DNA of 64,000 nt from an uncultured Gemmataceae bacterium (lineage in GTDB: Bacteria; Planctomycetota; Planctomycetia; Gemmatales; Gemmataceae). Where the stretch lies: the NCBI GenBank assembly GCA_963750165.1, contig CAVVPN010000011.1, positions 224,001-288,000 on the forward strand. The letters are read 5' to 3'. How positions within the stretch are numbered: position 1 is the stretch's first letter; each line of letters starts with the position of its first letter. Position numbers and translations under genes: made by a program. The notes beneath the pieces are model-generated. The model worked only from the letters and a program-made list of their open reading frames with translations, did no database searches and was not told the DNA's origin. Positions 29,769 through 40,020 of this stretch are shown in pieces.

Positions 29769-31733
29769 TCAGTTGCCGGCCGGCCCGCGGCGCGGCGGCG
29801 GCGCCGGCTCCTCCGGGAGGTCCTCGACGACATACGTCCGCTGGCCGCCGCGCTGGAACGGCAGCGGCGTCGCCCCGCTGTCCTCCGGGCTGACGAACGG
29901 CGCCGGCGTCGCCGCCAGGTAGCGCGGCGTCTTGCCCTCGCTGGCCAGCACTTCAACCGGCAGCGCCTGCGGCAGCGCGTCCACGGCCACGGTGCAGCCC
30001 GGCAGGCACCGGGCCAGTTCCACCTGCTTGAGCAGGTCCACCGCCTCGCCGTACTGGCCGCCCAGGTCCGCCATGGTCCGTAGCACATCCTCCAGGCGGA
30101 ACGAGCACTGCTTGGTGAGGGGCGTGCGGTTCGGTCCCAGTTCGTAGCGGCTGATGGTGCAGCGGTCGTCGTTGGCCGCCGCCACCACCGTGAACTCCCC
30201 GACCAGCAACCGCAGCGGCGCCGCCAACCGCGGCTCCTCGCCGAACAGCACGAGTTCCGGCCGGCTGCCGGTGGAGATATGCACCAGCGCCTGCGCCGCC
30301 GTCGGCGCCGCCCGGTGCAGCCAGTACGAGTCGTTCAGCAACTCGCCGCGGACGGCAGCGATATGGTCGAAGCCCCCGTCCATGATCCGCAGCCCCTTGA
30401 AGGCCCCGTAGCGCATCTCCGGGTTCGGGCTGTACAGCAGGCCCTCCAGGCGGACACGGCAGGCGTGCTCGTTCAGGCTCGCCAGGGCCGTCAGACCGTA
30501 GGCCCGCAGCACGTCGTACTGCTCGCTCAGCCGGGCCAGTTCATCGACGCCGCCGGTGTTCTCCAGGTAGGCCAGGGCCTCGGCGGCCGCGAAGCGCACC
30601 AGGGCGTATGGGCTTTTGAGGCCGGGTTCCAGGAACGACACACTATCTCGGCCCAGCGCCTCCAGCCGCAGCGCGGCGCTGATCGTACGCTCGGGATCCA
30701 GCAACATCTGCGCCAGCCGTTGGCGGTACTTCGTCTGCACCTCCATGCTCTCGCGCAACGGAATGAACCGGGCCACGCGGAGGTAGCGCTCCGGGTTGAG
30801 GCGGTAAACATGCGGCACCTGGGCGTAGACGACATCCTTGGTGATGGCCTTGGCGGTCTCGCCGCGGCTGGTCGGACTGGGGCGAAACTTGTCGTTGAGC
30901 TGGCCGGTCACCTCGTCGAGCACCATGAGCCGCTTGTGAAGCAGCACCTCCTCGCGCTTGCGGGCATCGTTGGGGAACATCAGGTTGATGCGTTCGGCGA
31001 CCGAGTTGGCGACGCGGGCGAAGCTCTGGTCCTTCTTGAGCACCAGGGCGAGCGGCCGGTCGATCAGCGACACGCCGCCCTCCCAGACGACGCCGTGTTT
31101 GAGCCGGGAAGTGTCGTCGCCGGCGCCCAGACCGACCAGCACCGGGCCGCGGGCCACGCCCAGGATGTGGCCCGGCAGCAGCATGTCGCTGCCCTGGTAC
31201 TGCGGGCTGATATTGCGCTTGGAGTCGTAGTTGCGCAGGACGGTCTGCTGCAGATAGCCGCCGCGCAGGCTGATGACCTTGCTGCCCTGCGGCAGCGAAA
31301 CCTGCAGGTCGATGGTGTCGCCCTTGCGGGCGCCGGCGGGGATGATGCCGGTGAGCAGCACCACGGCCGTATTGGGCGATTGCAGCAGCTCCTCGACGCC
31401 CTGGACGCGCTGCTTGAGCAACTGCTGCTTGAGCAGGTTGGTATAGCCGTCGCGCGGCGGGCCGCCGCCGGTGCCGTCGAGGTTGACGACCAGGCCGACG
31501 CCGCTGACCTGGATGGGTGTGAGGTTGGCCGGGTCGGTCACGTCGCCGATGGTCTTGATCTGCTTGTAGTCGAAGCGATTTTCGGGCTCCTCGGGGGCCT
31601 GGCCGCGGGGGATGATCGACTGGCAACCGGCCAACCCCAGGAACAGCGCCCCCGCCAGCAGGCCGGCGGCGGCCCCCAGGGGCAACAGGCCGCGGCAGCC
31701 GCGCCGCACCAACCACGCTCTGCGCTGGTTCAT
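29769..31733 (-). CDS. FlgI (P-ring)-like lipoprotein with HEAT-like repeats
   Basis: LAGC lipobox, VSGVGLVVNLDGTG, SLRGGYL FlgI motifs, LVRFAAAEALAYL HEAT-like repeats. Confidence 0.8.
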   Translation of the reverse strand: MNQRRAWLVRRGCRGLLPLGAAAGLLAGALFLGLAGCQSIIPRGQAPEEPENRFDYKQIKTIGDVTDPANLTPIQVSGVGLVVNLDGTGGGPPRDGYTNLLKQQLLKQRVQGVEELLQSPNTAVVLLTGIIPAGARKGDTIDLQVSLPQGSKVISLRGGYLQQTVLRNYDSKRNISPQYQGSDMLLPGHILGVARGPVLVGLGAGDDTSRLKHGVVWEGGVSLIDRPLALVLKKDQSFARVANSVAERINLMFPNDARKREEVLLHKRLMVLDEVTGQLNDKFRPSPTSRGETAKAITKDVVYAQVPHVYRLNPERYLRVARFIPLRESMEVQTKYRQRLAQMLLDPERTISAALRLEALGRDSVSFLEPGLKSPYALVRFAAAEALAYLENTGGVDELARLSEQYDVLRAYGLTALASLNEHACRVRLEGLLYSPNPEMRYGAFKGLRIMDGGFDHIAAVRGELLNDSYWLHRAAPTAAQALVHISTGSRPELVLFGEEPRLAAPLRLLVGEFTVVAAANDDRCTISRYELGPNRTPLTKQCSFRLEDVLRTMADLGGQYGEAVDLLKQVELARCLPGCTVAVDALPQALPVEVLASEGKTPRYLAATPAPFVSPEDSGATPLPFQRGGQRTYVVEDLPEEPAPPPRRGPAGN

Positions 31734-32169
31734 GGCTTCCTCGCACGTGGGTGCGCACCCACGCCCCGCCACGGCGGAACCGGCGCGCACAGACCGGGTT
31801 CTGGAAATTGGCTTTGAGAGCGGGGTGAATACGGTTTTGCTCAAGCCGTGTCAAGAGCAGACCGACGCGGGGTGTGCCTTGCTGGCCCAGTCGTGTGTTT
31901 CGGGGTTGTGGATAGGGAATCTGCGCTACCCCGAGCGCTGGCAGGGGGGTCTGTGAGATGATACGAGATGCAAGCCCTCCCTGGCACTCCCCTTATTATT
32001 GTACCAGGCGAGCCGGGAGATACACCCTTTTCCCGCCTCGCCTTCCGCATACAACAGCCTCGGTGCCGGCCGCGCAGTAACTTTCGATTGCACCGGCTCT
32101 TCACTTTGTTCTATAATTACCCACCATGCCGAAAGTGCATCCTTTACCTCCCATCACGAGGACCCTTCC

Positions 32170-33432
32170 GTGAACTCCGACCGTTACCTGTTTACCAGTG
32201 AATCCGTCAGCATGGGTCATCCCGACAAGGTGGCCGACCAGATCAGCGACGCGGTCCTCGACCACTGCCTCCGCGCCGACCCGCAGAGCCGGGTGGCCTG
32301 CGAGACGATGGTGACCACCGACCTGGCTGTCGTGGCAGGCGAGATCACCACCAAGGCCGACCTGTGCCGCAAGACCCTCGACGCCCTCATCCGCAAGACC
32401 ATCGCGGACATCGGCTACACCGATCCGAACATCGGCTTCGCCGCCGACACCTGCCAGGTAATCACGCACCTGCACGCCCAGTCGCCGGACATCTCGATGG
32501 GCGTGGACCGCGAAGGCGCCGGCGACCAGGGCATGATGTTCGGCTTCGCGTGCAAGGAGACCAGCACGCTGATGCCGCTGCCGATTTACCTGGCGCACCG
32601 CCTGGTCGAGAACCACGCCAAGCTGCGCCAGAGCGGCCAGCTCAAATGGCTGCGGCCCGACGCCAAGAGCCAGGTCACCGTCGAGTACAACACCGACGGC
32701 ACACCGCACCGCATCCACACCGTCGTCATCTCGACGCAGCACGACGAGAGCGTGATGGCCAAAAAGGGCAGCACGGAGCTGTTCTCCGACGAGGCCCGCA
32801 AGATTTTGATCGACAAGCTGATCCTGCCGACGCTGAAGGCCGAATGGCACGACCTGGTCAAGGGCGACATGACGCTGGTGCTGCCGGGCATGGCGGCCGC
32901 GGCCAACGACGAGCACATCCGCTGCCACATCAACCCGACGGGCAACTTCCTGTGCGGCGGCCCACACGGCGACTGCGGCCTGACGGGGCGCAAGATCATC
33001 GTGGACACCTACGGCGGTCGCGGCCGGCACGGCGGCGGCGCCTTCAGCGGCAAGGATCCGACCAAGGTGGACCGCAGCGCCGCTTACATGGCGCGCTACA
33101 TCGCCAAGAACATCGTCGCCGCGGACCTGGCCAGCCAGTGCGAGGTGCAGCTGTCCTACGCGATCGGCTACCCCGACCCGCTGAACATCTGGGTGAGCAC
33201 GAACGGCACCACGGCCGCGGGGGTGAACGAGGAGCAGCTGGTGGACCTGATCCGCAAGCACTTCAAGCTGACGCCGCGCGGCATCATCGAGACGCTGAAC
33301 CTGCGGCGGCCGATCTATCACGAGACGGCGCGGCACGGCCACTTCGGCCGCGAGCTGGACACATTCACATGGGAGCGAACCGACAAGGCGGCGGCGCTGC
33401 GCAAGGAAGTCGGCGTGCCGGCGATGGCATAA
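32170..33432 (+). CDS. metK: S-adenosylmethionine synthetase
   Basis: [52 protein letters not shown] start; TATAAT at 32111. Confidence 0.98.
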   Translation: MNSDRYLFTSESVSMGHPDKVADQISDAVLDHCLRADPQSRVACETMVTTDLAVVAGEITTKADLCRKTLDALIRKTIADIGYTDPNIGFAADTCQVITHLHAQSPDISMGVDREGAGDQGMMFGFACKETSTLMPLPIYLAHRLVENHAKLRQSGQLKWLRPDAKSQVTVEYNTDGTPHRIHTVVISTQHDESVMAKKGSTELFSDEARKILIDKLILPTLKAEWHDLVKGDMTLVLPGMAAAANDEHIRCHINPTGNFLCGGPHGDCGLTGRKIIVDTYGGRGRHGGGAFSGKDPTKVDRSAAYMARYIAKNIVAADLASQCEVQLSYAIGYPDPLNIWVSTNGTTAAGVNEEQLVDLIRKHFKLTPRGIIETLNLRRPIYHETARHGHFGRELDTFTWERTDKAAALRKEVGVPAMA

Positions 33433-33441
33433 CGCAGCATG

Positions 33442-33523
33442 GCAGATTGCAAATTGCAGATTGCAAATTGAAAGACAGCAAGCCCGCTGTCTTTCAATTT
33501 GCAATCTGCAATCTCAAATTTGC
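33442..33523. repeat. Inverted repeat built from 7-bp ATTGCAR units
   Basis: Perfect 27-bp arms 33453-33479 and 33486-33512 with degenerate heptamer extensions. Confidence 0.9.
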
Positions 33524-33562
33524 AAGGGTTTGGTTTCGCTGGAAGGGGAAAGGAGAGACCGC

Positions 33563-34138
33563 ATGTTTTGCACCCGTGCGCTCGGGATGATCGCGTTCCT
33601 GGGCCTGCTCATCATGACCGGCCCCGCGGACCTGCGCGGCCAGAAGCCGGACGACAAGGTCACCTGCCGCATCATTTACGTGCCGACGCCGCAAACGGTC
33701 GTGGACAAAATGCTGGACATGGCCAAGGTCACCGAGAAGGACTACGTGTTCGACCTCGGCTGCGGTGACGGCCGCGTCGTGGCGACCGCCGCCAAGAAGT
33801 TCAAGGCGCGCGGTGTCGGCGTGGACATTGACCCGGCCCGCATCAAGGACTCGCACGAGACGCTCAAGAAGTTCGGCGTCGAGCGTATGGTCGATATTCG
33901 CCAGGGCGACGCCCTGAAGGTCAAGGATCTGGAGAACGCCACGGTCATCATGCTGTACATGCTGCCGGAGTTCATGGAGAAGCTGGAACCGCAGGCGCTG
34001 AAGAAACTGAAGCCCGGCACGCGCATCGTCGCCCACGACTACCCGTTCCCGAACTGGAAGGCGGATCGGGTCGTCGAGTTCAAGGGCCCCGAACGCGAAC
34101 ACACCCTGTACATGTGGACGGTGCGTGAGAAGAAATAA
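33563..34138 (+). CDS. Class I SAM-dependent methyltransferase with N-terminal signal-like helix
   Basis: YVPTP, DLGCGDGR motif I, LKPGTRIVAHDY. Confidence 0.92.
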   Translation: MFCTRALGMIAFLGLLIMTGPADLRGQKPDDKVTCRIIYVPTPQTVVDKMLDMAKVTEKDYVFDLGCGDGRVVATAAKKFKARGVGVDIDPARIKDSHETLKKFGVERMVDIRQGDALKVKDLENATVIMLYMLPEFMEKLEPQALKKLKPGTRIVAHDYPFPNWKADRVVEFKGPEREHTLYMWTVREKK

Positions 34139-34253
34139 TCTGCTTTGCTTCAAAGGAGGTATCGCCCAGGACCGGGCAGCCGGTCGGCACGCGCATGTCC
34201 CGGATCAGTCGGCGGCGCGGTCCGTCGGGGCCGGGCGTCGCGGCGATTTGCCT

Positions 34254-35534
34254 TCAATCGTGAACCTTGTCCCACAACGGCTTGAAGATTTCTTCCTTCT
34301 GCCGGTACTTCTGCAGCGCCTCGGTCAGGGGCAGCATGGCCCGGCAAAATTCGCCGAAGCCGCCTTTCAGGTCGCCGCCGCGCAGCAACCGCTCGGCCTG
34401 TTCGCGGTGCCGCCGGCTCTGCTCCCAGTCCACCTGCCACTGCCGCTCGCGCACCCGGGCCTCCAGCACACCCAAAGCGCGGGCGAGCTTGTGGACCATC
34501 GCCAGGTCGATGGCACACGACAGCTGCCGATGAATCTGCAGCGGCCGGGTCTCGTCCGCCGGCGCCAGCTTTTCCTGTTGGCTCTGCAGCAGCAGGCCGA
34601 CCAGGCCGGCGATCAGCGCCACCGCCGCCAGCAGGAACAGCGGCATCACGAGACCGATGCTGAAAATGTGGCAGACGATGGCCAGCATGGCCAGGACGAT
34701 GCTGCCCAGCAGCGCTCCCAGCGGCCAGGCGGTGACGTACCACGGCACGTCGGGCAGCGGTGGCGGGGCGGCGCCGACCACCCGACCGACACGCACCACC
34801 AGCACGGTGATGTTGTCCGGCCCGCCCTGCAGGTTCGCCAGGTCCACCAGGAACTGACACGCCTCCTTCGGCGGCAGGGCGGTGACGACGGCGCCGATCT
34901 CGCGATCCGTCACGGGCCCCGACAGGCCATCACTGCACAGCACAAAGATGTCGCCGGATCGCAACGGATGCGGCCCCTCGATGTCCACCTGCACCAGCGG
35001 CTCGGGCCCCAGCGAGCGGACGATGACATTGGTGGGAATGCCCTGCAACTCCTCGGGGCGGACGCGCTGACGGCGGGCTAACTCCCAGACCAGGCTGTGG
35101 TCGAAACTGAGCTGTTCGATGCGGCCGTCACGAACGCGGTAAGCCCGGCTGTCGCCGACGTGGCCGACCCAGGCGCCTTCGGGACCGAGAACCAGGGCGG
35201 TGGCGGTGGTGCCCATGCCCTCAAACTCGCGGTTCTGCTGGCCGCGGTTGTGGATGGCGAAGTTGGTCTCGACGAAGGCCTTGCGCAGCGCCGCGTGGGC
35301 GCCTTCCTGGACATACTTGGTGTAGATGTGCGGGATGTTGTCCACGGCGATTTTGCTGGCCATTTCGCCGACCGCGTGCGCCCCCATGCCGTCGGCCACC
35401 AGGAAAAGATGGCCGCGGCCCTGCCATTGCTCCGCGTCGGTCGCGGTGAGCACGGCGAAAGCGTCCTGGTTGTGACTGCGGCGGACGCCAACGTCGGTCA
35501 AACTCGCGTATTCTATGTTGTCGAAGCCTGCCAC
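34254..35534 (-). CDS. PP2C-family Ser/Thr phosphatase with two TM helices
   Basis: RSHNQD, VADGMG, MGTT, HVGDSR, CSDGL, GGPDNIT. Confidence 0.95.
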   Translation of the reverse strand: MAGFDNIEYASLTDVGVRRSHNQDAFAVLTATDAEQWQGRGHLFLVADGMGAHAVGEMASKIAVDNIPHIYTKYVQEGAHAALRKAFVETNFAIHNRGQQNREFEGMGTTATALVLGPEGAWVGHVGDSRAYRVRDGRIEQLSFDHSLVWELARRQRVRPEELQGIPTNVIVRSLGPEPLVQVDIEGPHPLRSGDIFVLCSDGLSGPVTDREIGAVVTALPPKEACQFLVDLANLQGGPDNITVLVVRVGRVVGAAPPPLPDVPWYVTAWPLGALLGSIVLAMLAIVCHIFSIGLVMPLFLLAAVALIAGLVGLLLQSQQEKLAPADETRPLQIHRQLSCAIDLAMVHKLARALGVLEARVRERQWQVDWEQSRRHREQAERLLRGGDLKGGFGEFCRAMLPLTEALQKYRQKEEIFKPLWDKVHD

Positions 35535-35625
35535 CGTCGTACCCCGGGCCTGCGCTCGCGATTTGCACTTCCCGTATGCTACACCGCCGCCGGGAGATTG
35601 GATAGTCAGTTTCCCCTTCCCCCTC

Positions 35626-35689
35626 CGTAGCGACGGGCGGCTCGCCGGTCGCCGCCGAACGTTCGACAGGCGGGCCGCCCGTCGCTACG
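35626..35689. repeat. GTAG-type REP doublet
   Basis: CGTAGCGACGGGCGG...CCGCCCGTCGCTACG. Confidence 0.75.
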
Positions 35690-35752
35690 ATAGGGGCGGG
35701 CGCCGGCGTTCGGGGTACGGGCGCGGCGGCCGCTGGCAAATGGGAGGCGACC

Positions 35753-36988
35753 ATGAACAGACGGGTTCTGGGCACGGCCCTGCTGCTGGGCGTGCTGGGC
35801 ACCGCGGCGGCGGACGACTGGCCGCAGTGGCGCGGCCGGCACCGCGACGGTCTCTCGGAGGAGGCGGGGCTGCTGCAGAAGTGGCCGCCGGCCGGGCCGA
35901 AGTTGTTGTGGAAGGCGGGCAGCCTGGGCGACACCTTCTCGTACTCCACGGCTGCCGTTTCCCGTGGGCGTGTTTACCTGTTGGCCACGCAGCGCGACCG
36001 GGAAGTGCTGATCGCGCTGAGCGAGGAGACGGGCCGGCCGCTCTGGACGCAGCCGATCGGTCCGGTCGGCAAGAACATCGGCGTACAGTACCCGGGGGCG
36101 CGTTCGACGCCGACGGTGGATGGCGATCTGGTGTTCGTCCTCGGTTCGGACGGCGACCTGGTGTGCCTCGACGCCGAGAAGGGCAGACGGCAGTGGGCGC
36201 TGCACCTGCGCACCGACCTGGGCGGCGTCATGGGCAGCTGGGCCTACGCGGAGTCGCCGCTGGTGGACGGCGATTATGTCATCTGCACGCCCGGCGGCCC
36301 CAAGGCGACGCTGGCGGCGATCCACAAGCGCAGCGGCAAGGTGTTCTGGAAGGCCGCGGTGACCGGCGTCGGCATCAAGGCGGCGTACTCCTCGCTGGTC
36401 GTCGGCGAGGTGGGCGGCGTGCGGCAGTACATCGGCTTTATCCACGGGGGCCTGGTCGGTGTCGAGGCACGGACCGGCAAGTTTTTGTGGCGCTACACGC
36501 AGACCTCCTTTGCCGCGTCCAATGTGCCGACGGCCATTTTCAAGGACGGCCTGGTGTACAGCAACTCCGGTAAGGAGGGCGGCGTGGCCCGGCTGACGGC
36601 CGCCAACGGCGCCTTTTCGGCGGTGCCCGTCTACGGCCTCAAGGAGCTGGCCAACAAGGTCGGCAGCGCGGTGCTGGTGGACGGGCACGTCTACAGCGCC
36701 GGGTTGAATCTGGTGTGCGTCGAGTTCGCCACGGGCAAGGTCAAGTGGAGCAACCCGTGCGTCGGGCCGGGGTCACTGTGCTGCGCAGACGGCTGCCTGT
36801 ACGTGCGCGGTGAGAAGGGACAGGTGGCGCTGGTGCAGGCCAGCCCGCGCGGCTACGTGGAGAAGGGCCGTTTCCAGCAGCCGGAGCGCAGCGCCAAGCC
36901 GGCGTGGCCGCCGCCGGTTGTGGCCAACGGCCGGCTGTACCTGCGCGACCAGACCAATTTGTTGTGCTACGATGTCAAGGCGCGGTAG
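35753..36988 (+). CDS. PQQ-like beta-propeller protein
   Basis: Signal peptide, DDWPQWRG, YAESPLVDG, PVVANGRLYLRDQ. Confidence 0.92.
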   Translation: MNRRVLGTALLLGVLGTAAADDWPQWRGRHRDGLSEEAGLLQKWPPAGPKLLWKAGSLGDTFSYSTAAVSRGRVYLLATQRDREVLIALSEETGRPLWTQPIGPVGKNIGVQYPGARSTPTVDGDLVFVLGSDGDLVCLDAEKGRRQWALHLRTDLGGVMGSWAYAESPLVDGDYVICTPGGPKATLAAIHKRSGKVFWKAAVTGVGIKAAYSSLVVGEVGGVRQYIGFIHGGLVGVEARTGKFLWRYTQTSFAASNVPTAIFKDGLVYSNSGKEGGVARLTAANGAFSAVPVYGLKELANKVGSAVLVDGHVYSAGLNLVCVEFATGKVKWSNPCVGPGSLCCADGCLYVRGEKGQVALVQASPRGYVEKGRFQQPERSAKPAWPPPVVANGRLYLRDQTNLLCYDVKAR

Positions 36989-37032
36989 TGAGCCGGCCTT
37001 TTTCTGTGGACGGTGGGTTTCGGAGAGGAAAG

Positions 37033-38286
37033 ATGAACCGACGGTTTCTCTACGCTGCCTTCTTCTTCCTGGTGTTGCTGGCCCCGGCCGCGGCGGACGA
37101 CTGGCCGCAGTGGCGCGGCCCGAAGCGCGACAGCGTCTCGCGCGAGAAAGGTTTGCTGCAAGCGTGGCCGCAGGGCGGTCCCAAACTGCTCTGGAAGGCG
37201 ACCAAGCTGGGCGACGGGCCCTCGTACTCCACGCCGGCGGTCTCGGGCGGCCGCATCTACCTGCTGGCCATGCAGGGCAACGAGGAGGTGGCCATCGCCC
37301 TGGAGGAGAAGGACGGCAGCCGCCTGTGGGCGAAACGTGTCGGCGGCGTTGGCAAGAACCCGGCCAGCAACAACTGGCCCGGGCCGCGCTCGACGCCCAC
37401 CATCGACGGCGACGCCCTGTACGCCCTCAGTTCGGACGGCGACCTCACCTGCCTGGGCCTGGCCAGGGGCGAGCTGCGCTGGACGAGGAACCTGCGCAAG
37501 CAGTTCGGCGGTTCGTCCGGCAAGTGGGCCTACGCCGAGTCGCCGCTGATCGATGGCGAGCTGTTGATCTGCACACCGGGCGGCAGCACCGCGACGCTGA
37601 TGGCGCTGCGGAAGACCGACGGCGCAGTGGTCTGGAAGGCGAAGGTTCCGGGCGGCGACGCGGCCGGATACGCTTCAGTGGTGATCGGCGAGGTGGGGGG
37701 CGTCCGCATGTACATCCAGCTCCTGAGCAACGGCGTCGTGGGCGTCGAGGCCAAAACGGGCAAGTTCCTGTGGCGCTCCACCAAGGGGACGAACAAGGTC
37801 GCCAATATCCCGACGGCGGTGTTCCACGACAACCGCGTCTTCGTCTCCACGGGCTACGGCGGCGGCGCGGCCCTGGCGAAGTTGACGGCCGCGGGCAGCG
37901 GCGTGTCGGCGACGAACGTGTGGGCGTCCAAGCAGATGGCGAACCAGATCGGCGGCGTGGTCGTGTTGGGCGAGCACCTGTACGGCACCAACGGCCAGGC
38001 GCTGCTGTGCCTGGAGTTCGCGACCGGCAAGGCGAAGTGGGCCATGCGGGCGGCCGGCCAGGGTTCGCTCTGTTACGCGGACGGCTGCCTGTACGTGCGC
38101 GGCGAGAAGAGCAATGAGGTGGTCCTGGTGGAAGCGAACCCGACCGCCTATGTGGAGAAGGGTCGGTTCAGCCAGCCGGAGCGCAGCAGCAAGCCGGCGT
38201 GGCCATACCCGGTGGTGGCCAACGGCCGGCTGTATTTGCGCGACCAGTCCGTCCTGTTGTGCTACGACGTGAAGCGGTCGCAGTGA
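37033..38286 (+). CDS. PQQ-like beta-propeller protein, tandem paralogue
   Basis: Colinear with the preceding gene and sharing the same motifs. Confidence 0.92.
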   Translation: MNRRFLYAAFFFLVLLAPAAADDWPQWRGPKRDSVSREKGLLQAWPQGGPKLLWKATKLGDGPSYSTPAVSGGRIYLLAMQGNEEVAIALEEKDGSRLWAKRVGGVGKNPASNNWPGPRSTPTIDGDALYALSSDGDLTCLGLARGELRWTRNLRKQFGGSSGKWAYAESPLIDGELLICTPGGSTATLMALRKTDGAVVWKAKVPGGDAAGYASVVIGEVGGVRMYIQLLSNGVVGVEAKTGKFLWRSTKGTNKVANIPTAVFHDNRVFVSTGYGGGAALAKLTAAGSGVSATNVWASKQMANQIGGVVVLGEHLYGTNGQALLCLEFATGKAKWAMRAAGQGSLCYADGCLYVRGEKSNEVVLVEANPTAYVEKGRFSQPERSSKPAWPYPVVANGRLYLRDQSVLLCYDVKRSQ

Positions 38287-38289
38287 CCC

Positions 38290-38348
38290 CGTAGTGCGGG
38301 CGGCACGCCTGCACCGCCTGATTGTGCAGGCGGCCCGCCCCCACTACG
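38290..38348. repeat. GTAG-type REP doublet
   Basis: CGTAGTG...GCCTGCAC / GTGCAGGC...CACTACG. Confidence 0.7.
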
Positions 38349-38359
38349 ACAGCGTCCCC

Positions 38360-38548
38360 TGTTGTGGCCCGGTCTCCTGACCGGGCCACGGCTGCGACCG
38401 AAGGTCTCCTCTTCGAGCGCTAGAACCCGGAGGAGACCTTCGGTCGGGGCCCGTGGCTTGGTCAGGAGACCAAGCCACAACACGGGGAGACCAGGCCACA
38501 ACACGGGGAGACCAAGCCGCAACACGGGGAGACCAAGCCACAACACGG
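38360..38548. repeat. REPIN-like hairpin with a four-copy 21-bp tandem tail
   Basis: Arms 38360-38409 and 38432-38482; GGAGACCAAGCCACAACACGG at 38465, 38486, 38507, 38528 (0-1 mismatch). Confidence 0.9.
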
Positions 38549-38567
38549 GCACCACGGCGAAGACGAT

Positions 38568-39188
38568 TCACGGCAGCGTCCGTAGCACCGCCCGCACCGG
38601 GCTGGCGTCGAAGCCGACCAGCTTCAACGGCAGCGCGATCAGTTCGTACACCCCCTCCGGCACGTCGTTCAACACCAACCCTTCCAGGATGGCCATGTCG
38701 CAGCGCAAAAAGGCGTGGTGCGCCGGCAGGTTCTTTGAGTCGAACAGGTCCACGCTGGGCGTGTCGATGCCGACGAGGCGGACGCCGTGGCCGTGCAGCG
38801 CCTCGACCAGCTCGGGACTCAGGGCGGCGAAATCCGTGGCGAAGTGCTGCGGGTCGGTGAACGAGCCGGTGGCGATCAGCAGGCGCGGCGCCCGCGGCGG
38901 CAGCGGCAACCGCTCCGGTTCGATTCGCGTCCGCGGCGGCGTCGGCAGGTGGACGACCTGGCATGGCCCCAGGTAAAAGTCGAGGCTGCGGGCGTCGATG
39001 CCGGGGGCGGGGTGGCCGTAGTGGTTTGGCGCGTCGGCGTGCGCCCCGAGGTGGACGGTGGCGTGCAGCGTGGACAGGGTGATGTTGTCGCCGCGCTCGA
39101 TGGCGCAGAGCACTTCGCGGCGCGGCGGCGTGTCGCCGGGCCAGACCGCCAGCTGTTCAGAGATCGGGGGCGTGATGTCGTAAATCAT
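38568..39188 (-). CDS. kynB: Kynurenine formamidase (cyclase family)
   Basis: VWPGD, HLGAHADAP, GIDTPSVD, ILEGL, DASPVRA. Confidence 0.93.
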   Translation of the reverse strand: MIYDITPPISEQLAVWPGDTPPRREVLCAIERGDNITLSTLHATVHLGAHADAPNHYGHPAPGIDARSLDFYLGPCQVVHLPTPPRTRIEPERLPLPPRAPRLLIATGSFTDPQHFATDFAALSPELVEALHGHGVRLVGIDTPSVDLFDSKNLPAHHAFLRCDMAILEGLVLNDVPEGVYELIALPLKLVGFDASPVRAVLRTLP

Positions 39189-39967
39189 AGTTGGTGGCGG
39201 ATGCTCCACAGGTCGGGGAACAGCGGGTGGAACAGCGATTTTTTCAGGAATTCGACGCCGAGCGAGCCACCGGTGCCGTGCTTGCTGCCGATGGTGCGCT
39301 CGACCAGCTTGATGTGTCGGTAGCGCCACTCCTGAAAGCCCTCGTCAAAGTCGGTCATCAGCTCGAAGAGGATGAGCAGGTTCGGCTGCGTCCGGTACAG
39401 GTGCAAAATGCCGGTGGCGACCGTCTCATCCGGAATGTTGGGCAGCGTCGGGTCGCGCTGCCGCAGCGCTGGAGGGATGGCGACGCCGCATTTTTCGAGG
39501 AAGTCGTAGAAGCCATCGACGACCGACGGCTCGCGCAGCCGCCGCCACAGGTCGTCGTGTTCCCCCGAGGTCTGCGGCAGGTGCTTGAGCATGTCCGGCC
39601 GCTTGTAGCCGAGCAGAAACTCCAGTTCGCGGAACTGTGTCGATTGGAAGCCGGAGGCCGTGTCCAGGCGAGCGCGAAAGCTGGCGAACGACATCGGCGT
39701 CAGCGTCTCAACAATGTCGATCTGCTCGACCATGACTTTCATGATGGTGCGTGTCCGCTTGAAGGACGCGATGGCACCGTACAGGTCGCCGGCGCGGAAC
39801 TGCTCCTTGATGCGGTCGAACTCGTGCAGCTGGAGCTTGAACCACAATTCATACGCCTGGTGGACGATGATGAACAACGTCTCGTCGTGCTCGGGCGGTT
39901 CGGAGCGCGGCTGCTGCAACGAGAGCAATTGTGGCAAATAGAGATAGGTGGAGTATGTTAGGTGCAT
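39185..39967 (-). CDS. kynA: Tryptophan 2,3-dioxygenase
   Basis: YSTYL, HDETLFIIVHQAYELWFK, ASGFQS, WRYRH, GTGGS. Confidence 0.96.
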   Translation of the reverse strand: MHLTYSTYLYLPQLLSLQQPRSEPPEHDETLFIIVHQAYELWFKLQLHEFDRIKEQFRAGDLYGAIASFKRTRTIMKVMVEQIDIVETLTPMSFASFRARLDTASGFQSTQFRELEFLLGYKRPDMLKHLPQTSGEHDDLWRRLREPSVVDGFYDFLEKCGVAIPPALRQRDPTLPNIPDETVATGILHLYRTQPNLLILFELMTDFDEGFQEWRYRHIKLVERTIGSKHGTGGSLGVEFLKKSLFHPLFPDLWSIRHQL

Positions 39968-39992
39968 GTTACCATTCTCGGTTTTCTTCCGG

Positions 39993-40018
39993 GGGGCAGG
40001 CTGGAAAGCCTGCCCCAC
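39993..40018 (-). repeat. GTGG-type REP singlet
   Basis: GTGGGGCAGGCTTTCCAGCCTGCC on the minus strand; degenerate copy at 4261-4286. Confidence 0.65.
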
Positions 40019-40020
40019 GT

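Noticed and set aside
31850..32169. SAM riboswitch upstream of metK
   Set aside because: No SAM-I or SAM-II consensus recognised; the TATAAT at 32111 leaves only about 50 nt of leader. An Infernal search would settle it.
38465..38548. CRISPR array
   Set aside because: 21-bp units are contiguous with no spacers, no cas genes, and the unit is the end of a REP-like hairpin.
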